A stretch of 64,000 nt of DNA, from NCBI RefSeq assembly GCF_009914755.1, contig NC_060931.1; one strand, written 5' to 3'. Made by a program: the position numbers and the translations under genes. The notes below the pieces were generated by a model. The model saw nothing but the letters and a program-made list of their open reading frames with translations, made no database searches and was not told the origin of the DNA. This document shows, in pieces, positions 36,816 to 52,046 of this stretch (the stretch's first letter is position 1; each line of letters starts with the position of its first letter). This DNA comes from the human T2T-CHM13v2.0 reference genome, Homo sapiens.

Positions 36816-37799
36816 AAGCTGATTTTTAAAATACTGAGATCATATGGATGACAGCACCTGAAAAATAGACAACACCAAGCTTTATGTTAAGAGGTGTGAG
36901 GGTATCAATATTGTTGTGGCTATTGGGGAGGAAACCATTAGTAAAACCAGTAAGTTAAAGCTCTTGCTTTAAACTTTGGCTTTAATTTAACAAATGTTCT
37001 ATGGAGTGACAGTATGTATGTAACCATGCTATGCCCATTCACAGATGCAGTAGAGGGAAGAATTTCTCAAAGACAACTGTTCTAAGACTCAAATTAAACC
37101 GTACTGGGTTTGAAAAGAGATAGTCCAGGAATTACCAAATATTTTAGATATCAGATACAAGAGAATGCCAGGTATGCGATGATAATCAGCAATGGTTGTT
37201 CACACAATACATCAAATCAGTATTTGAATTAGCTTTTGAATTACAAGGACAAATGGATCAAGTCTAGACTCTTTAGTATATAAATCTTATTAGGCTGAGA
37301 TGTGTTTTCCCCTGTTTTTCCACAAGGAGATTACAAATTGGCAAACCTCAGCTGCTCTCATTTTATGCTCTCACCAAGCCAAAAGCTGAAGTTCATCAAT
37401 CAGTGTGTCTAAGTGTTCACTGGTTATATACCATATTGTGGTGTCATCTACCTTTCCAACTTCCTAAATCATCACCTTCATTTGATCTTGTTTTATTCCA
37501 CTATCACTTCTTTATTGACCATATAAAGAATATAAGTAAGTTCTTATTTTGTTATTGTTCATTTTAGTCTAATTTCATCAAAAGATCACAATCTTTTAAT
37601 TTCATTTTAATTTCAAAGGTTAAATGAAACCTACATAGAAATGAGTGTAAGATTTGCATTTGCATTATTTTGGCATCAATTTGCTATCCTCCCTCATGCA
37701 CATAGAGATCATTTCCACGTACGTGATTTCAAACATCGAAGTGCAGTATTAAAAGCAATTATAAATTATGGTTCTCATTTTCATGATACAATTACAATA

Positions 37800-38622
<823 letters not shown>

Positions 38623-38709
38623 GACATAATCTGTTAACCTGCAGATTAAAGCGTTCTTTATTTTTCTGTCTCCCTCTCTTAATTTTTTTAAAATAATATT
38701 AATTGTAGT

Positions 38710-38874
38710 AAAGAGAAAGAAAGAAAAGAAAACAAAGAAATAAAAAGAAGGAAGGAAAGAAGGAAGGATGGAAATAAAGAAAGAAGAAAGAAAAGAAGGA
38801 GGAAATGAGAGAAGGAAGGGAGGGAGGGAGGAAGGGAGAAAGGCAGGAAGGGAGAAAAAAGAAAGCATGAACAC

Positions 38875-38926
<52 letters not shown>

Positions 38927-39385
38927 GAAAGAAAGAGAGAAAGAGAAAGAAAGAGAGAAAGAAAGAAGGGAGGAAGGGAGGAAGGAAAGGAGGAAGAGAG
39001 AATGGTAAAAGGGAGGAAGGCACAGAAACAAAGAAAATAAAGAGGTGAAGGAAGGAAGGAAAAAGAGGAAAGGAAGGGAGGGAGGAAGGAAGAAAAGGAG
39101 GGCTGGTGGAAGGGAGAAAAAAGGAAAGAAAGCATGAAGGTGAGAAAGAAAGAAGGAATGTGAGAAAAGAAGGAAGAAAAGAGAGGGAGAAAGGAAGGGA
39201 GGGAGGAGGGAAGGAAGAATAAGAGGAAAGAAAGAAAGAAGGAAAGAAAGAAGGAAGGAGAAAAAAGAAAGAAAAGAAAGGTAAAGAAAAAAGAAAAGAA
39301 AAGGAAGAGGAAAAGAAGAAAGGAAGGAAGAAGGCAAGGGAAGGGAAGAGAAGAGAAAGGAAGATGGAAAGAAAGAAGGAAGAAC
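38710..39385. repeat. Polypurine (GAAA/GGAA/GGGA) low-complexity tract including a perfect (GAAA)n run
   Basis: Directly visible; perfect tetranucleotide run ~38877-38924. Confidence 0.95.
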
Positions 39386-39439
39386 GCAAATATTAGAAAT
39401 TCTGGGTTTGTTAGAGAATATGCCATACTGTTTTTTTTT

Positions 39440-40220
39440 TTCACTTGAAAGGAAAGAGTATCTGCCATTGAAGATTGGATGTCTTGTTGGTGATATTGTT
39501 GTTCTTATCTTCCACAAGATTACTGAGTTAGTGCCTAGTCTTCCATTTCTAAGACAAAAGTGTTGATGTCGGCAAATATAATTTTGGATTTTTCCAGTTC
39601 TCCTTTGATTTATTTCCTGTTTTACCTCATGTATTTGGAGGTTCTGTTGTTAGCTGCACACCCTAATTAGTAGGATGTTTACATCTTCTTGAGAACTCGT
39701 TATTCTATTATCTCTCATCTCTGATACTATTTCTTGTTCCGAACTCTGTTGTGTCTAATATCAATGTAGTCCTTCCACAGCCTTATTTTAGTGTTTCCAT
39801 GATATGGCTTTCTCCATATCTTGATGATAACCTCTTTATATCTCTATATATTTGGAGCAAGATATAAAATTTAGACTTGATTTTTTAAAGATTTTTCAAG
39901 ATGTAATTCTTATTTCTTTTTGTTCTATTTGACATTCTCTGAGTTTCCTATATTGGAAGTTTGATTTTCTGTCACTTCTTTTAGAATATTTTTGGCAGTT
40001 ATTTTGAAAAATATTTCTTTTGCTCCATTATTTTTCCCTCTTTTCTTTTTGGGATTTCAGTCATAACTAGAGTAGGTAATTTGATCTCAGTCTTATGCAG
40101 GTACTTTTTCTCAGGGTCTCAGGAATGTAGCCTTCTCACACTTCTGTTATTTTCCTGGCTGTGTTGGTGAGCTCAGTGATATTCCTCCTTCACCTTCAAG
40201 AGCAGTTTTGTTTTGTTTTT
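39440..40220 (-). mobile_element. Ancient L1M remnant
   Basis: Antisense endonuclease-region motifs (CTAAGACAAAAGTGTTGATGTC...ATGTATTTGGAGGTTCTGTTGTTAG). Confidence 0.5.
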
Positions 40221-40299
40221 CCTGTTTTCATACTCCCAGCATCAGGAGGATCCTAAGTGTGGCAGTTTTTGTTCCCTTCCCCTACATATTAAGTGGAAT

Positions 40300-40580
40300 A
40301 TCTTGCTCTATTTGGACTCTTATAACAAAATAACATAAACCGGGTGACTAAAAAACAACAGATATTTCTTTTTTCACACTTCTTGAGGCTATAAGATCCC
40401 GGGTCAAGATGCTCACAAATTCAGTGTTGGTGAGAGCCCATTTCATGGTTCATAGGTGGTGCCTGCTTTCTATGTCCTCACATAGTGGAAGGCACACAAG
40501 AACACCACTGATCTTCTTTTACAAAGGCACTAATCTCATTCATAAGGGCTCGGCCCCCAAGACCTGGTCACCTCCCAAGT
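40300..40580 (-). mobile_element. MLT1A-like MaLR LTR fragment
   Basis: ATAACAAAATAACATAAACCGGGTG..AAACAACAGATATTT...GGCACTAATCTCATTCATAAGGGCTC..CACCTCCCAA. Confidence 0.65.
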
Positions 40581-41419
40581 GTTCTGCTCTCCCTGATCTG
40601 TGTCATATACAGTCTCTCTTGGATTCCTTACCAATTGCTTGAGAGATCGCAGTGGGTTTGTGGAGAAAAAGTTTTCAAGATGATGAATCTTTCCCAACTT
40701 CTGCAGCTGTCAGCTGTCTCCCAATCTCACCAGCCCCACTTTGCCTTTAGGAATTTACTGATTATTCCAGCTTTACTTGTCATAGTGGTGTCTATTTGCA
40801 TCTGTCCTATGTAAGTGCATCCGTCCTCTTTCTCCTTGCAGGTGCTTGTTTTCCCTCACATTTTGACTCAATTCTTGGCTACTTCGTTGCTATAAAAATA
40901 AAGTCATGACTTTGAAGTTAGTTTGGGTCTTTCATTGTTGTCAGGTTAGGAACCCTATTCCATCCCAGATCTCCAAAACCCAGACTTTTTGGGGGGTTGA
41001 AATTTTAGGCTTTCTCTTTGAATTGTAGTTTTATCTTCTTTCAGTTACCATTTGCATTTTCATAATGATTAATGAGACTAAGCTTTTTTTGTGTAGTTGA
41101 CTGTACCTTTGGATTTTTTTTCCCAAATACCTTTTTATTTCTTCTTTTCTTTATGGTTTTAGAAAATGTAGTTTACATAATTGCAGCATGATTTTTTACT
41201 CAGTTAATGGCATGCTTAATGGAGAGAAAAAATATTAAATATATTTCCCTTTTTAATTACTGTGCTTTTTTCATTTCTAAGGAAATGTTTCATTATGTTA
41301 AATTTCAGTGTTATTCTACTTAGCTATTCCTTACATATTATAGTATTTTGGATTTCACATGTAAATTTGTAACATATCTTGAGCTTATTATGTATAGAGC
41401 AAGGCTATTTTCTCTTTTT

Positions 41420-41870
41420 TGTTTTTTAGGGTAAAAATCACATAATATAAAATTAACAACCACCATTTTAAAGCATACAATGCACTTGCTTTTAGTATAT
41501 TCACAATGTTCCAGGGCAATTTCATCATGTCCCTTCCAAAAATCCATTATGCATAAAGCTGTTACACCCTAATCTGCTGCCCTGAGCCCTAATGACCACT
41601 AATCTGATTTATATCCCAATTGATTTGCCAATTCCTAATGTTACATGTGAATAAAATCAAGTAATATTTGTCCTTTTGTGCACTTAACATAATGCTTTCA
41701 AATTTCACCAATATTATACTATATATGAGTACTTCATTCTTTGTTATAGCTGAAAATTGGGTGTCCATTTATGAGTCAACAAGCATATGGATTGTTTCCA
41801 CTTTTTGACTGTATGAATATTACTGCTATAAATGTTCATGCACATGTTTATTTTTTGAGCAGCTATGTTT
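41420..41870 (-). mobile_element. L1M 3' end fragment
   Basis: Antisense L1MB/ME terminus (CACCATTTTAAAGCATACAAT..TTTTAGTATATTCACAATGTT). Confidence 0.6.
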
Positions 41871-41879
41871 TGTAAGATT

Positions 41880-43340
<1,461 letters not shown>

Positions 43341-43349
43341 CACATAGGA

Positions 43350-43768
43350 GCTAAATTGTTTCCTCTATATAGATGCTGAAATTCTAACCACTGAATAAGA
43401 CCTCATTAGGAAATAGGTTCTTTGCAGCTGATCAAGTTAAGATACAATCAGATGAGCCTGAATTCAATATGACTGATGTCCTTGTTAAAAGAAGAAATTT
43501 GAGTAGAGGGAGACATACACACAGGGAGAGTACCATGTGATTATGAGGGCAGAGATTAGCCAAGGAATGCCAAAGACTGCCACTAAACCACCAGAAGCGA
43601 GAAACAAGGCACAGAGCAGGCTTTCTCTCATAGCCCTTGAAGGGACCATCCCTGCTGACACCTCAATCTCAGACTTTTAGCTTCCAGGACTTTAAGACTA
43701 TAAACGTATGTTGTTCAAGGCACCCAGTTTGTGTTACTTGGTTATGGCAGCCCTAGACAACTAATACA
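43350..43768 (+). mobile_element. MLT1B/C MaLR LTR
   Basis: AGCCAAGGAATGCCAAAGACTGCC..AAACCACCAGAAGC...TTATGGCAGCCCTAGACAACTAATACA. Confidence 0.8.
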
Positions 43769-43816
43769 TGAACTAATAACAAAGCATAATAACATGAAGC
43801 AAAAATTGACAAAAGA

Positions 43817-45350
43817 GGAGCATCAGCAAAATGGCAGCGGAGACAGCTGCAATCTTTCATTTCCCCACAGAAACATCACACAACTAAGAGAAACTGTCCG
43901 AATAAACTTTGCCAAAACTGTGGAAAATTGTCAAAAGATTACACAACCAAGTGAGAGCATACTCAAGAAAAAGACAACTGGAAAACTTTACGACATTTTT
44001 AACTTGCCTTTGCCCCAGCAAATTGGCAGTTTTGAAGTGTCAGAAGCCCACGTTCCCAGTGAGGAAGCCTGGTCCATGGTCCAAAGGAACAAGAGAAGAT
44101 CTTACCCGCAAAGTATTATGTGTCTGTTCTGACTGGTCTGGGGGATACCTAAAGGACTCATGAAAGGCTTTTTTTTTCTGTGTTGCTAGAATACAGAACA
44201 GATAAGGAATGGACATTATTAAGAAAGTCTGCAAGGAGACCTAACGAACCAAAGACGCTTAGGGCAAAAATTAAAGTTACCCATATAGTAGATCATCTTC
44301 AGCACAGCAAGAAAAGTTGGAGAAGAGTATTTCAAAAACTAAGACATACAAAATCATTCATGTACATGGGAGAGTCTAGAAAGTCACATGTATTCATAGG
44401 TTAAGCCACATGCTGACAAATGTCATAAGAAGACCCTACACTTTTACCTTGGCCAATCCCTCCCCTCAGTGCAAGCTCTGTGCAAGAGTGAACTTGAACT
44501 TCACTCAGTGCAAGAGTGAACACACAGTTTGTGCCAGCTTTAAAGAACCCAGAACAAAGCCAGTCTGCATGGCCTAGAGACATATTTTGCTGGACAATGA
44601 TTACTTGCTTTTCTTTTTGTTTTTCTTGTATTTGCCTGTTTCATTGGTTCCTGACATACCAGAAAATCACTGTCAAAACATTAGCTTAATATTTCTTAAG
44701 GAAACAAAAAGACTTCGGTGACCACACCTTATAAACCAAACAGTTTTGTAAATCACTTTGGAAAATTACACTAAAAAAAAAAAAAATCCTTAACAATATA
44801 ATAAGTAAAGAAAATTTAAAACGACAAAACATTACTGTGTTTGTAGGGGGGGGTCTGATTTACAGAGTAACCACCTAGTAATTATAATTATTAGAAAGTC
44901 CGGTTTTCAAAAAATGTTACAAGGCATACAAAGAATGGGAAAGTGTGGCTCATTCAAAGGAACAAAATAAATTGACAGAAAATATCCCTAAGGAAACCCA
45001 GACATCAAACTTACCAGACAAAGACTTTAAAACAACTCCCTTCATTATACTCAAATGTCAAAAGGAAAACATAAACAAAGAAATAAAGGAATCAGAAAAA
45101 ATATTAAAAAGTAGGAATATCAGCAAAGAGATAACAGAAATTCTGGAGTGGAAAACTACAATGATAAAAATTTAAAAATCACCAGAGGGATTTAAGAGTA
45201 TATTTGCACACACAGAAGAAGCCATGAACTTGAAGAGAAGAAAATGGAAAATACTGACTCTGAGAAACAGAAAGAATAAAAAATAAACAATGAGCAGAGA
45301 CTAATGAATCTGTGGGACATCATCAAATAGACCAACATTCATATTCTAGA
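43817..45350 (+). mobile_element. Old L1M 5'UTR and ORF1 N-terminal remnant
   Basis: AGCAAAATGGCAGC-type 5' motif; peptide MAHSKEQNKLTENIPKETQTSNLPDKDFKTT resembles old ORF1. Confidence 0.55.
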
Positions 45351-46049
45351 AGGATAAATTATGTTGTTAAAAAGTTTACCATTCTTTCTTTTCACCTTTC
45401 TTCCTTCCTCCTTCCCCCTCCCCCTCCTTTTTACTTTTCTTCCTCTTCCTTTCTCTTCTTCTTTCACTCCTTCATTATCCCTTTCGCTGTTTCTCTTTCT
45501 CCCTTTTCCTTTTTTCCTTTCCATTTTCTCAATTACTAAGAGATGTTTAAGTACCCTTACCATGTTAGTAGATACAGTTATTTCTCCCTTAATTTTTCTT
45601 TTGAGATTTATAGTCACTCAAATAAAGAGATAACCCAAACATAAGCGTCACAAACAGGCTTTCATACCATTCTTAATTTGGTCCTGTAATTCTTCATTGC
45701 TGTATTAACTTTCAGATGCTTTTAAGGATGTTTTATAACAAATTGTGTAGTTTTTGCCAATGGAATGTTTACTCTGAATTGTCTAATTCATATTGTAAGT
45801 ATAGAGGGAGTTTAATATAAAATTATTAAACTAATATTTGTGAAAGAATGTATTTGTGCATTTAACAAATATGTTAATCCTCAGACTGTTATTGGGAAGC
45901 TGAGCATACAGGAATAAAAATAACACAATTTTTATATGTACAATATTTATGGAATACGTTACTGGACCAAATAAACAATTTAGTTAATAACATGACAAAG
46001 AACAGAAATTGTACACACTATAGAGCATACTAATGGAATAATGAATAAT

Positions 46050-46700
46050 TAAAGTTATTAATATTACGTAGAAAATGAAGGTTATCTTTGGGAGCAGAAC
46101 TCAAGGAAGCAAGCAATTCGCCTTATGAGGAAAGAGTTACCTGTGGATTAAAGAGAAATTGAAAAATTTACAAGTCAAGACTTTTTGAGCAAAAACAAAA
46201 ATATGACTATTAGTCACCAATTCAGTACAGTGAAAAAAAAGTTGAAGAGATATCTTGGAAGTAAACCATGTTGTGGAAGAGCATGTAGGGTTTTGATAAT
46301 CATGGGATGATTCTGAATTAATTTTAAATGCGATAGGAATATATGAGATAATTTCACCAGAGAATAACATGATTGTGCTTGCATTTCAAAGGGGTGTATC
46401 GGGTGCACTGTGTAGAATAAATAGGTTATGTGAGCAAATAAATTGGGAGGCTACTCTAATCCAGAGGAAAAAGGTAGTGACTTAGGTGAGAATGCTGTCA
46501 GGATGAGTGGTAGTAGTGGTGAGAAGTCGTTAGGCCATGGATGTATTTCATAGGACTGGCCAAGAGAACTGCAGCTAAACTGGAGTGTAGGGAGTGAAAT
46601 GGAGAACTCAAAGATGACTCTCAGCACTGGAAGGTGACAGCTGCCACTGAAGCATGCTGATGCCTCTTATTAAGAGAGTTAGTTGGGAATGGCAAGATCA
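46050..46700 (-). mobile_element. L2 fragment
   Basis: GGGAGGCTACTCTAATCCAG..GGTAGTAGTGGTGAGAAG..TCAAAGATGACTC L2-type motifs. Confidence 0.5.
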
Positions 46701-49036
46701 AAACTTCTCACTTTCAAATTTATGAAAAATGTTGTTTTTAGAACGAATGACTTTGGGATCAGAAAGCCACCATTCTAATTGATGGTTCCACGACTACACG
46801 GGCTCACACTCCCAAGAGCAAAAGTAAATCATCACAAAGGTGCTTCTTGATAATTCTAGAGAATGGAGAATTACTGTAACATCTTTCTGATTTTAGGAGA
46901 GGTAGCAGTTCCCTTTTTAGCCTAAACGCTATTTTTTTTAAAGCTCAGCCAAGAGACTCCATTATAATTTTCAAATGTGTGTAACTTAAATTCTCATATG
47001 AAATACCACTATGCTTAAATTAGTCAAAACATTTTCCCCATCTACAACTCTATCTTGTCATTGCAATCATTTTCACAAAAGTGACTGCAGCTCACAGACC
47101 CTAAAAGGAGAAAATCCAGGGTAGGTTATCTGATCTAGTTAGTTTTGAAGACAGGATCTAGAGATTATTTAATATGAAATAGGTCACCTGAAATGAAGTG
47201 TTTACTGAAAACAGCTTGGATCAGCCCACTTTTCTACCACTGAACCATGCATTTGGTTTAAAAAACACAACTCTGGGGAATATCGGCTGCTTCCAACTAT
47301 GTTGAAGGTGTTAAAGAAAAGAGCATAAAATTGAAAATGATCATCTGAGGCCTTTATAGTCTCTGCTCAAGAGACTAGAGTCTTCCATTCTTAACGAAAC
47401 ACCCAAATATCTTAATAATTGGGCAAAATCTAAATATCAGAGATAATTTTATCTTGAAGATTGTTATATTATAACAGTGATTCACTACCTTGCCACGTCT
47501 CTGAGTCTAATTTAGGTCTTTGTTTAGGAATCAATGGTACTCTGCAACTTGGAAATAGGAAGATTTTAGAAGACTCAGACATTGACTTTCTTGTGTGCAA
47601 AAAAAAGACGTATTGAGATAAGACAAGTCTTTCCTTGCAAGGATACCTGTAATGCTCATACACCACCTCCCCTAACACTAATATAGCCTCCAGGTCACTA
47701 ACCAGTGTCAGAGAGCAGCCCATGCAACTAGAAATTCAAAAGATGTCGAACATAGGGTCAAGCCTAGAATAAGAAGTCTTAGCTAATTAAGTATGCTTTT
47801 CCCCCGAAATTCATATTAACAAAATCTTGGATATGTCAGAGAATGCATTCTAAGTTCACTCAACCTAGAAGGGAGAAACATAATTTTAAATTAAGAGCTG
47901 AAGCATTCTTGTCCTAACAGAAAGCAAGGAAAACGAAATATCACACCACAGGAGGGATTTCACAAACTAGTGTCAACATGAAAACCTTAAAATAGGCAAG
48001 GAGAATGCAGATTCACAATGAACTCTTGTACTTGTTTTGTTCAGAGAAGAGATGGTTCTGAAAGAATGATAGTGAACTAACCCCAGCTGGTTTAGTTGGT
48101 GCTTTCAACTGCTGCTTCTGATCAACTCCTTTAGCTAGAATAAATTGATGAGGATTTTGGCATGTGGTATTAGAGATGGTTATTAATTTTTTCCTCTTAT
48201 TTGCATTGTTCAATGTAGTAAATACTAGCTGTATATGGCTACTTCAATTCAAATTAATTACAGTGAAATATACTTAAATATTGAATTTTTTAGTCACTCT
48301 TGGTTCATTATTGAATATCTTCAGCTAAGATTTCCCAACTAAAGACACTAAGAGGTGGCTTAGTTAACTGGTCGTCCACAAATATTGAAGCTGTTGTTAA
48401 CTCCTGATATATTCTCTGCAAAGAGAATATTCATGAGCCTCCTCCTGAAATCAGCAGCCTAGAGATAGTTTTATAAATTGGGTACAAGTTGGAAATCTAT
48501 ATACTCTTTAAGTGTTTGAAATATTAGCTTCCCAGGGAAGAAAATCAAATTCATAAGATATGTTAGGACAATTTAACTCAAGATGTTCAAAACTGAAATG
48601 ACATATTCTACAATATGTGATAAAACCACCCCCTAACAACTTAAAGCAAAACAGGGATTGACCTTAAAGACCTGCCTTTTCCTCATCCCCCAGCCAATCA
48701 GTTTTCAAATCTTGCATTTTATTTTGAAAGGTCCTTATCCCCCTGGTCTCTTGTTTCTAGACTTGGCACATATTTAAGTTTGTTACTTCTCTCTACTGAC
48801 TTTTCTCTCTTCAAACAGTATCTATGCCTGCCAAATGTGAACATACAAAAAACAAATCAGAATGTGCCATTCTGATTTAAACTGCTTATTAGTTAATACC
48901 CTCAAGATAACATCTGGGTTCTTGGCTGCAATGAGTCCAGCCTACTTACATCTTTTTTTGTCTTTGACTGCACATTTCCTATCACATCACAATCCAGCAA
49001 TGCCAAGCTGTGCAAGCTTTCTACCCCATCTCCATT

Positions 49037-50266
49037 ATTTTGCCGCCCCGCCGCCGTGGCTTTTCCCCCCCACCCCGCCTCGGCCTTTTCCCCTTCGCGG
49101 CTTTTTGTCCCCTGCCTCCGTGACTTTTTGCCCCCACGGCTTTTTACCTCCCCGCCGCCGTGGCTTTTTGCCCCACCGCCGCGGCGGATTTTTGCCCCCA
49201 CCCCGCCTTGGCTTTTTGCCCGCCACGGCTTTGTGCCTCCCTCGCCGCCGAGACTTTTTGCCCGCCGCGGCTTTCTGCCCCCCTCCCCGCCGCAGCGGCT
49301 TTCTGCCCCCCGCCCGCCACCGCGGCTTTTTGCCCACCGCGGCTTTTTGTCCCCCGCCGCCGCGACTTTTTGCCTGCAGCGGCTTTTTACCCCTCGCCGC
49401 CGCGGCTTTTTGCCCCACCACCGCCGCGGCTTTTAGCCCCCACCCCGCCTCGGCTTTTTGCCTGCCGCGGCTTTGTGCCCCACGCCGCCGCGGCTTTTTG
49501 CCCGCCACGGCTTTCTGCCCGCCCCGCCGCCGCGGCTTTTTGCCCGCCCGCCGCGGCTTTTCGTCCCCGCCGCAGCGACTTTTTGCCCGCCCTGGCTTTT
49601 TGCCCCCACCGCCGCCGCGGCTTTTTGCCCGCCGCGGCATTCTGCCCCCATCCGACGCCGCGGCTTTTTGCCCGCCACGGCTTTTTAGCCCCCGCCGCCG
49701 CGGCTTTTTGTCCCCCGCCGCCGCGACTTTTTGCCGGTAGCGGCTTTTTAGCCCCCACCGCCGTAGTTTTTTGCCCCACCGCCGCCGCGGCTTTTTGCCC
49801 CACCGCCGCCGCGGCTTTTTGCCCCCACCCCGCCTCGGCTTTTTGACCGCCGCGGCTTTTTGCCCAACCCCGCCGCCGCGGCTTTTTGCCCCCCGCCGCG
49901 GCTTTTTGCCTCCCCGCTGCCGCGGCTTTTTCCCCGCCGTGGCTTTTTCCCCTCTGCCCCCGCGGCTTTTTACCCGCCGCGGCTTTTTCCCCTGCATGGC
50001 TTTTTTCCTCCCTCTGTCGCGGCATTTTGCCCCCCCGCCGCCGGAACTTTTTCCCCGCCGTGGCTTTTTGCCTCCTCCGCCGCGGCTTTTTGCAGCCGCG
50101 ACTTTTTGCCACTGTCACCGCCGCTTTTTGGCCCCGCCGCAGCGGCTTTTTTTCCCCTCCGCCACGGCTGTTTGCTGCCACGACTTTTTGACCCCGTTGC
50201 CGCCGCTTTTTGCCACCGCGACTTTTTGCCTCCGCCGCCGAGGATTTTTGTCCCCGCCGCCGCGGC
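49037..50266. repeat. GC-rich tandem array, copy 2
   Basis: Same CCGCCGCGGCTTTTTG-type unit as 12475-13992. Confidence 0.95.
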
Positions 50267-50645
50267 TCTGAGGGCGGGAGCAGCAGAATCGCCTGCCAGC
50301 TCTACTGGCGTCCAGGCAAGGGCAGCGTCGAGGGGTGCTCCTGGTCCAGCTCTCCTGGCTCAGGGGTTCCTTGCCTAGGCGCCGGCGCCCCGGGCTCCCT
50401 GCCTAGGCCCCTGTGGCCTGCATAGAGCGGCGCTGCGCGCGGAGGCGATGGGAGAGAAGGAGGGTGGTGGCGGGGGTGATGCAGAAGCCACGGAGGGTGG
50501 CGCAGGGCCTGCGGCCAGCCGGGCGCTGCAGCAGTGCGGGCAGCTCCAGAAGCTCATCGTCATCTTCATTGGCAGCCTGTGCGGGCTGTGCACCAAGTGC
50601 GCTGTGTCCAACGACCTCACCCAGCAGGAGATACAGACCCTGGAG
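50267..50645 (+). pseudogene. KSR1: KSR1 5'UTR + exon 1 duplicate (copy 2)
   Basis: [76 protein letters not shown] (about 87% to recalled KSR1); CTG at 50418; ATG 50448 in GCGATGG context; donor GAG|GTAAGG at 50645/50646. Confidence 0.93.
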
Positions 50646-51477
50646 GTAAGGGGTTCGGGGACCCGGGCTGGGCTCCAGGAGTGGCCCGGACACCTCCTTC
50701 GGGGCCCCAGTTCACTCCTGGCCGAGTTGCATCCTTGAGCCCACGTCACCCCCTTGGAGGCTTCCACTCCCTCCTGCACTCGCTGATGCGGCAGCCAGAG
50801 GACCCGGGACCAGCCCTCACCTTGGGCAGGATTTGTGGAGCGGATGTGTGGTGGGAACTGGGATGGAGGCTCCAGGGTCCCGTGGGGGTGGGGGTGGGCT
50901 GCGCGCAGACATCCCCTTACCCCCTGAATTTCCATCTGGTCCAGCCCTCTCATCTTGTAGGTGAGGAAACCGAAGGCCTGAAGGGGAACTGACTTGCCAG
51001 GAACCCCTGTTAAGGAAAATTAACAAAGTGTGGTTGTTAAAGAAGAACTGAGTTGAGAGTCAGACCTGGAGGCCCGCACCCTTGGTTAAGACATTATACC
51101 ACCTTGAGTCTGGCCTGTTGACTGAGGGTGAGCCACTCCATCCTCATCTGATTGTGGGGTCTTAACCTCAAGGGCTTCTTCCTGCAGGAAGAAGCAAATG
51201 GGTTTGCTTTCCTAGCTCTGTCCAGTACCTTAGGGACCCTGAGGACTGAAGAGATTCTTGGAGAGCCATCTGGTGTATGTCATGGGTGTGTCTTTTTTGA
51301 AGGTCAGTGTGCCCAGTGGGCTGGCTCAGCCTGAATGAACTGTCTTGAATCTTTGGAGTTGTCTGTGTACTTTTAAGGGCTTCTCAGCCTTGCACCAAAA
51401 GATCCCCCTGGAAATTAGGTGGGAAAAACCTTAACTTTTGTGGGGCCTCGTGTTTGTCTTAAAAGTTCATGCACATA

Positions 51478-51733
51478 GCCAGGTGTGGTGGTTCCCACCT
51501 GTTATCCTTTCCTGGATACCTTGAGTCAAGGGGTTTGAGACCAACCTGGACAATATAGTGAGACCCCATCTCTACAAAAAATAAAATATTAGCCAGGGGT
51601 GGTTGTGCGTATCTGTGCTACTACTGTGGCTGAGGCGGGAGGAGCACTTGATCCTGCACTGAGCTCTGATCTCACCAGTGTACTCCAGCCTGGGCCACAG
51701 AGCAAGACCGTGACTCAAAAAAAAAAAAAAAAA
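51478..51733 (+). mobile_element. AluJ-like (paralogue of 15197-15460)
   Basis: Same position and same deletion in the module. Confidence 0.85.
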
Positions 51734-51855
51734 AGAGACAAGAAAAATTCTTAAAGATTTTGCATTCTGTCCCACTATCCATTGGTTTTCATGTCAAGAT
51801 AATGTCAGAAATTCTTTACAATTGCTTCCAGAAGGAGTAGCCTTTTGATCTACCG

Positions 51856-52046
51856 CACAGGTGTCCAGTCTTTTGGCTTCTCAGGGCCACATTGGAAGAA
51901 GAATGCTCCTGGGCCGCACATAAAATACACTAATGCTAACAACAGCTGATGGGATTAAAAAAAAAAGGTTTGTGCATAATTTTCATGCTACCCACCACCA
52001 CAGATAGGTGGAAAAGTCCTTGTAGTCAAAGGGTTGAACACAGCTG
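51856..52046 (+). mobile_element. MER30B (paralogue)
   Basis: TSD ATCTACCG/ATCTAGTG. Confidence 0.85.
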
